From the NCBI RefSeq assembly GCF_006345805.1, contig NC_043023.1:12958001-13022000 (forward strand): DNA of 64,000 nt, read 5' to 3'. Of this stretch, positions 60,340 to 64,000 are shown piece by piece (within the stretch, counting starts at the first letter, position 1; each line of letters opens with the position of its first letter). The translations under genes and the position numbers were made by a program. The notes beneath the pieces are model-generated. The model did no database searches, was not told the DNA's origin, and saw only the letters and a list, made by a program, of their open reading frames with translations. The DNA is from Octopus sinensis (lineage: Eukaryota).

Positions 60340-61170
60340 AAAGGCAGCGATGCACTGGCAGAAATGCTTAGCCGTATTTCGTCTGCCGTTACGTTCTGAG
60401 TTCAAATTCCGCCGAGGTCGACTTTGCCTTTCATCCTTTTGGGGTCGATAAATTAAATACCTGGGGTCGATGTAATCGACTTAATCCCTTTGTCTGTCCT
60501 TGTTTGTCCACTCTATGTTTAGCCCCTTGTGGGTTGTAAAGAAATAGGTATTTCGTCTGCCGTTACGTTCTGGGTTCAAATTCCGCCGAGGTCGACTTTG
60601 CCTTTCATCCTTTCGGGGTCGATTAAATAAGTACCAATTACGCACTGGGGTCGATGTAATCGACTTAAACCCTTTGACTGTCCTTGTTTGTCCTTTGTGT
60701 GTTTAGCTCCTTGTGGGCAATAAAGAAATAGGTAGTTCGTCTGCCGTTACGTTCTGGGTTCAAATTCCGCCAAGGTCGACTTTGCCTTTCATCCTTTCGG
60801 GGTCGATAAATTAAATACCTGGGGTCGATGTAATCGACTTAATCCCTTTGTCTGTCCTTGTTTGTCCACTCTATGTTTAGCCTCTTGTGGGTAGTAAAGA
60901 AATAGGTATTTCGTCTGCCGTTACGTTCTGGGTTCAAATTCCGCCGAGGTCGACTTTGCCTTTCATCCTTTTGGGGTCGATAAATTAGATACCTGGGGTC
61001 GATGTAATCGACTTAATCCCTTTGTTTGTCCACTCTATGTTTAGCCCCTTGTGGGTTGTAAAGAAATAGGTATTTCGTCTGCCGTTACGTTCTGGGTTCA
61101 AATTCCGCCGAGGTCGACTTTGCCTTTCATCCTTTCGGGGTCGATTAAATAAGTACCAGTTACGCACTGG
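60340..61170 (+). repeat. Five tandem 164-184 bp copies of a second SINE family body
   Basis: GTA(T/G)TTCGTCTGCCGTTACGTTCTG(A/G)GTTCAAATTCCGCC at 60374, 60548, 60732, 60906 and 61070. Confidence 0.85.
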
Positions 61171-61691
61171 GACACAGACACACACACAGATAGATAGATA
61201 GATAGATAGATATACATACATCTATGTATATTTATAGGAGTGGCTGTGTGGTAAGTAGCTTGTTTACCAACCACATGGTTCCAGGTTCAGTCCCACTGTA
61301 TGGCACTTTGGGCAAGTGTCTTCTACTATAATCTTGGGCCAAGGCTATAGTATTTGTTTGACGGAAACTGAAAGAAGCCCATCATATATATGTATGTATG
61401 TATATATGTATGTGTGTGTATATGTTTGTGAGTCTATGTTTGTCCCCCCAACATTGCTTGACAACCGATGCTGGTGAGTTTACGTCCCTGTATCTTAGCA
61501 GTTTGGTAAAAGAGACCAATAGAATAAGTACTAGGCTTACAAAGAATAAGTCCTGGGGTCGATTTGCTCGACTAAAGGCAGTGCTCCAGCATGGCCACAG
61601 TCAAATGTCTGTACATATATATATTTATATACATATAAGCATATAAGTAAGTCAGATACATCTGTTTGCTATCACAGTCGCTAGAATTTTA

Positions 61692-63866
61692 GGATCTTTT
61701 CAGTTTGACCGGTAGTTTTTTCTAGCAGTGTCATATGAAATTGTCACCCATTATTATGACCCTAGTATCGATCTATTGCATTTCAATCTGTGTTAGGGTT
61801 AGGGTTGGGGGGAAGGATATCTTTGTTTCTTCAGAAATGTAAATAAACCCAATGTGTTTCTTAAACGAGCCACATATTCATACGGCAAATAATGTTTTCA
61901 CCTCAATAGGCGTCATTGATTGGTTAAAATTGTAGAAGTTGAAAGAAAAAAAAACAACAAATATCTTACAAACTATAGAATTTTCTCAATTAAAGCCAAG
62001 AGAAAAAGATGTTTTATAAACACATTCTACCAGTATACGAAGTTTAAAAGTGTTTAGTTACGTGGAAATTATTTTAAAAAACTGCCGTTCAAACAGAAAA
62101 GTTCCCAAATATCTTACAAACTATAGAATTTTCTCAATAAAGCCAAGAGAAAAAGATGTTTTATAAACACATTCTACCAGTATACGAAGTTTAAAAGTGT
62201 TTAGTTTCGTGGAAATTATATTAAAAAACTGCCGGTCAAACCGAAAAGATCCCAAATATCTTACAAACTATAGAATTTTCTCAATTAAAGCCAAGAGAAA
62301 AAGATGTTTTATAAACACATTCTACCAGTATACGAAGTTTAAGTGTTTAGTTTCGTGGAAATTATTTAAAAAACTGCCGGTCAAACCGAAAAGATCCCAA
62401 ATATCTTACAAACTATAGAATTTTCTCAATAAAGCCAAGAGAAAAAGATGTTTTATAAACACATTCTACCAGTATATGAAGTTTAAAAGTGTTTAGTTTC
62501 GTGGAAATTATATTAAAAAACTGCCGGTCAAACCGAAAAGATCCCAAATATCTTACAAACTATAGAATTTTCTCAATTAAAGCCAAGAGAAAAAGATGTT
62601 TTATAAACACATTCTACCAGTATACGAAGTTTAAGTGTTTAGTTTCGTGGAAATTATATTAAAAAACTGCCGGTCAAACCGAAAAGATCCCAAATATCTT
62701 ACAAACTATAGAATTTTCTCAATAAAGCCAAGAGAAAAAGATGTTTTATAAACACATTCTACCAGTATACGAAGTTTAAAAGTGTTTAGTTTCGTGGAAA
62801 TTATATTAAAAAACTGCCGGTCAAACCGAAAAGATCCCAAATATCTTACAAACTATAGAATTTTCTCAATTAAAGCCAAGAGAAAAAGATGTTTTATAAA
62901 CACATTCTACCAGCATACGAAGTTTAAGTGTTTAGTTTCGTGGAAATTATATTAAAAAACTGCCGGTCAAACCGAAAAGATCCCAAATATCTTACAAACT
63001 ATAGAATTTTCTCAATTAAAGCCAAGAGAAAAAGATGTTTTATAAACACATTCTACCAGTATACGAAGTTTAAAAGTGTTTAGTTTCGTGGAAATTATAT
63101 TAAAAAACTGCCGGTCAAACCGAAAAGATCCCAAATATCTTACAAACTATAGAATTTTCTCAATTAAAGCCAAGAGAAAAAGATGTTTTATAAACACATT
63201 CTACCAGTATACGAAGTTTAAGTGTTTAGTTTCGTGGAAATTATATTAAAAAACTGCCGGTCAAACCGAAAAGATCCCAAATATCTTACAAACTATAGAA
63301 TTTTCTCAATAAAGCCAAGAGAAAAAGATGTTTTATAAACACATTCTACCAGTATACGAAGTTTAAAAGTGTTTAGTTTCGTGGAAATTATATTAAAAAA
63401 CTGCCGGTCAAACCGAAAAGATCCCAAATATCTTACAAACTATAGAATTTTCTCAATTAAAGCCAAGAGAAAAAGATGTTTTATAAACACATTCTACCAG
63501 TATACGAAGTTTAAAAGTGTTTAGTTTCGTGGAAATTATATTAAAAAACTGCCGGTCAAACCGAAAAGATCCCAAATATCTTACAAACTATAGAATTTTC
63601 TCAATTAAAGCCAAGAGAAAAAGATGTTTTATAAACACATTCTACCAGTATACGAAGTTTAAGTGTTTAGTTTCGTGGAAATTATATTAAAAAACTGCCG
63701 GTCAAACCGAAAAGATCCCAAATATCTTACAAACTATAGAATTTTCTCAATTAAAGCCAAGAGAAAAAGATGTTTTATAAACACATTCTACCAGTATACG
63801 AAGTTTAAAAGTGTTTAGTTTCGTGGAAATTATATTAAAAAACTGCCGGTCAAACCGAAAAGATCC
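61692..63866. mobile_element. Non-autonomous TIR element whose right-terminal ~147-bp module is amplified 13-fold (61958-63866)
   Basis: TA|GGATCTTTTCAGTTTGACCGG ... CCGGTCAAACCGAAAAGATCC|TA. The monomer is the reverse complement of the other arrays. Confidence 0.85.
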
Positions 63867-64000
63867 TACGTGTGTACTCTTTGTAAAAAGAATCTGGGAA
63901 AGTTGGGGACAGAATGGATGGAAGCACTCCGTCGGTTACGACGACGAGGGTTCCGGTTGATCCGAATGAACGGAACAGCCTGCTCGTGAAATTAACGTGT

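Noticed and set aside
63870-64000. Fragment of another probable SINE-like repeat at the window end
   Set aside because: Too short and cut off to characterise.

Overview
AT-rich animal genomic DNA; the SINE families and zinc-finger style point to an octopus (inference, no database search run). The window is a tandem cluster of nine C2H2 zinc-finger gene copies with no effector domain. Eight are on the minus strand (A 2.1-3.9 kb, B 6.8-8.6, C 15.5-17.3, D 24.1-25.4, E 31.7-33.2, A' 41.2-42.9, B' 45.9-46.5, F 55.1-56.5) and one is an inverted pseudogene (G 58.8-59.6). The duplicated unit consists of a CRE/ETS/CCAAT promoter, a first intron packed with palindromic MITEs, two duplicated non-coding exons, one finger-array exon, and a 3'UTR carrying a retroposon. 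Only F keeps the full ancestral frame. The main observations are: (i) finger arrays are reshuffled from a shared set of finger types while flanking DNA stays near-identical, and A/A' substitutions cluster at helix positions +3/+6; (ii) a ~147-bp MITE-terminal module lies ~60 bp from the promoters at 0-16 copies; (iii) different lesions repeatedly remove the terminal fingers; (iv) deletions create orphan promoters and fused genes. Coordinates of repeats were read by eye and may be off by a few bases.
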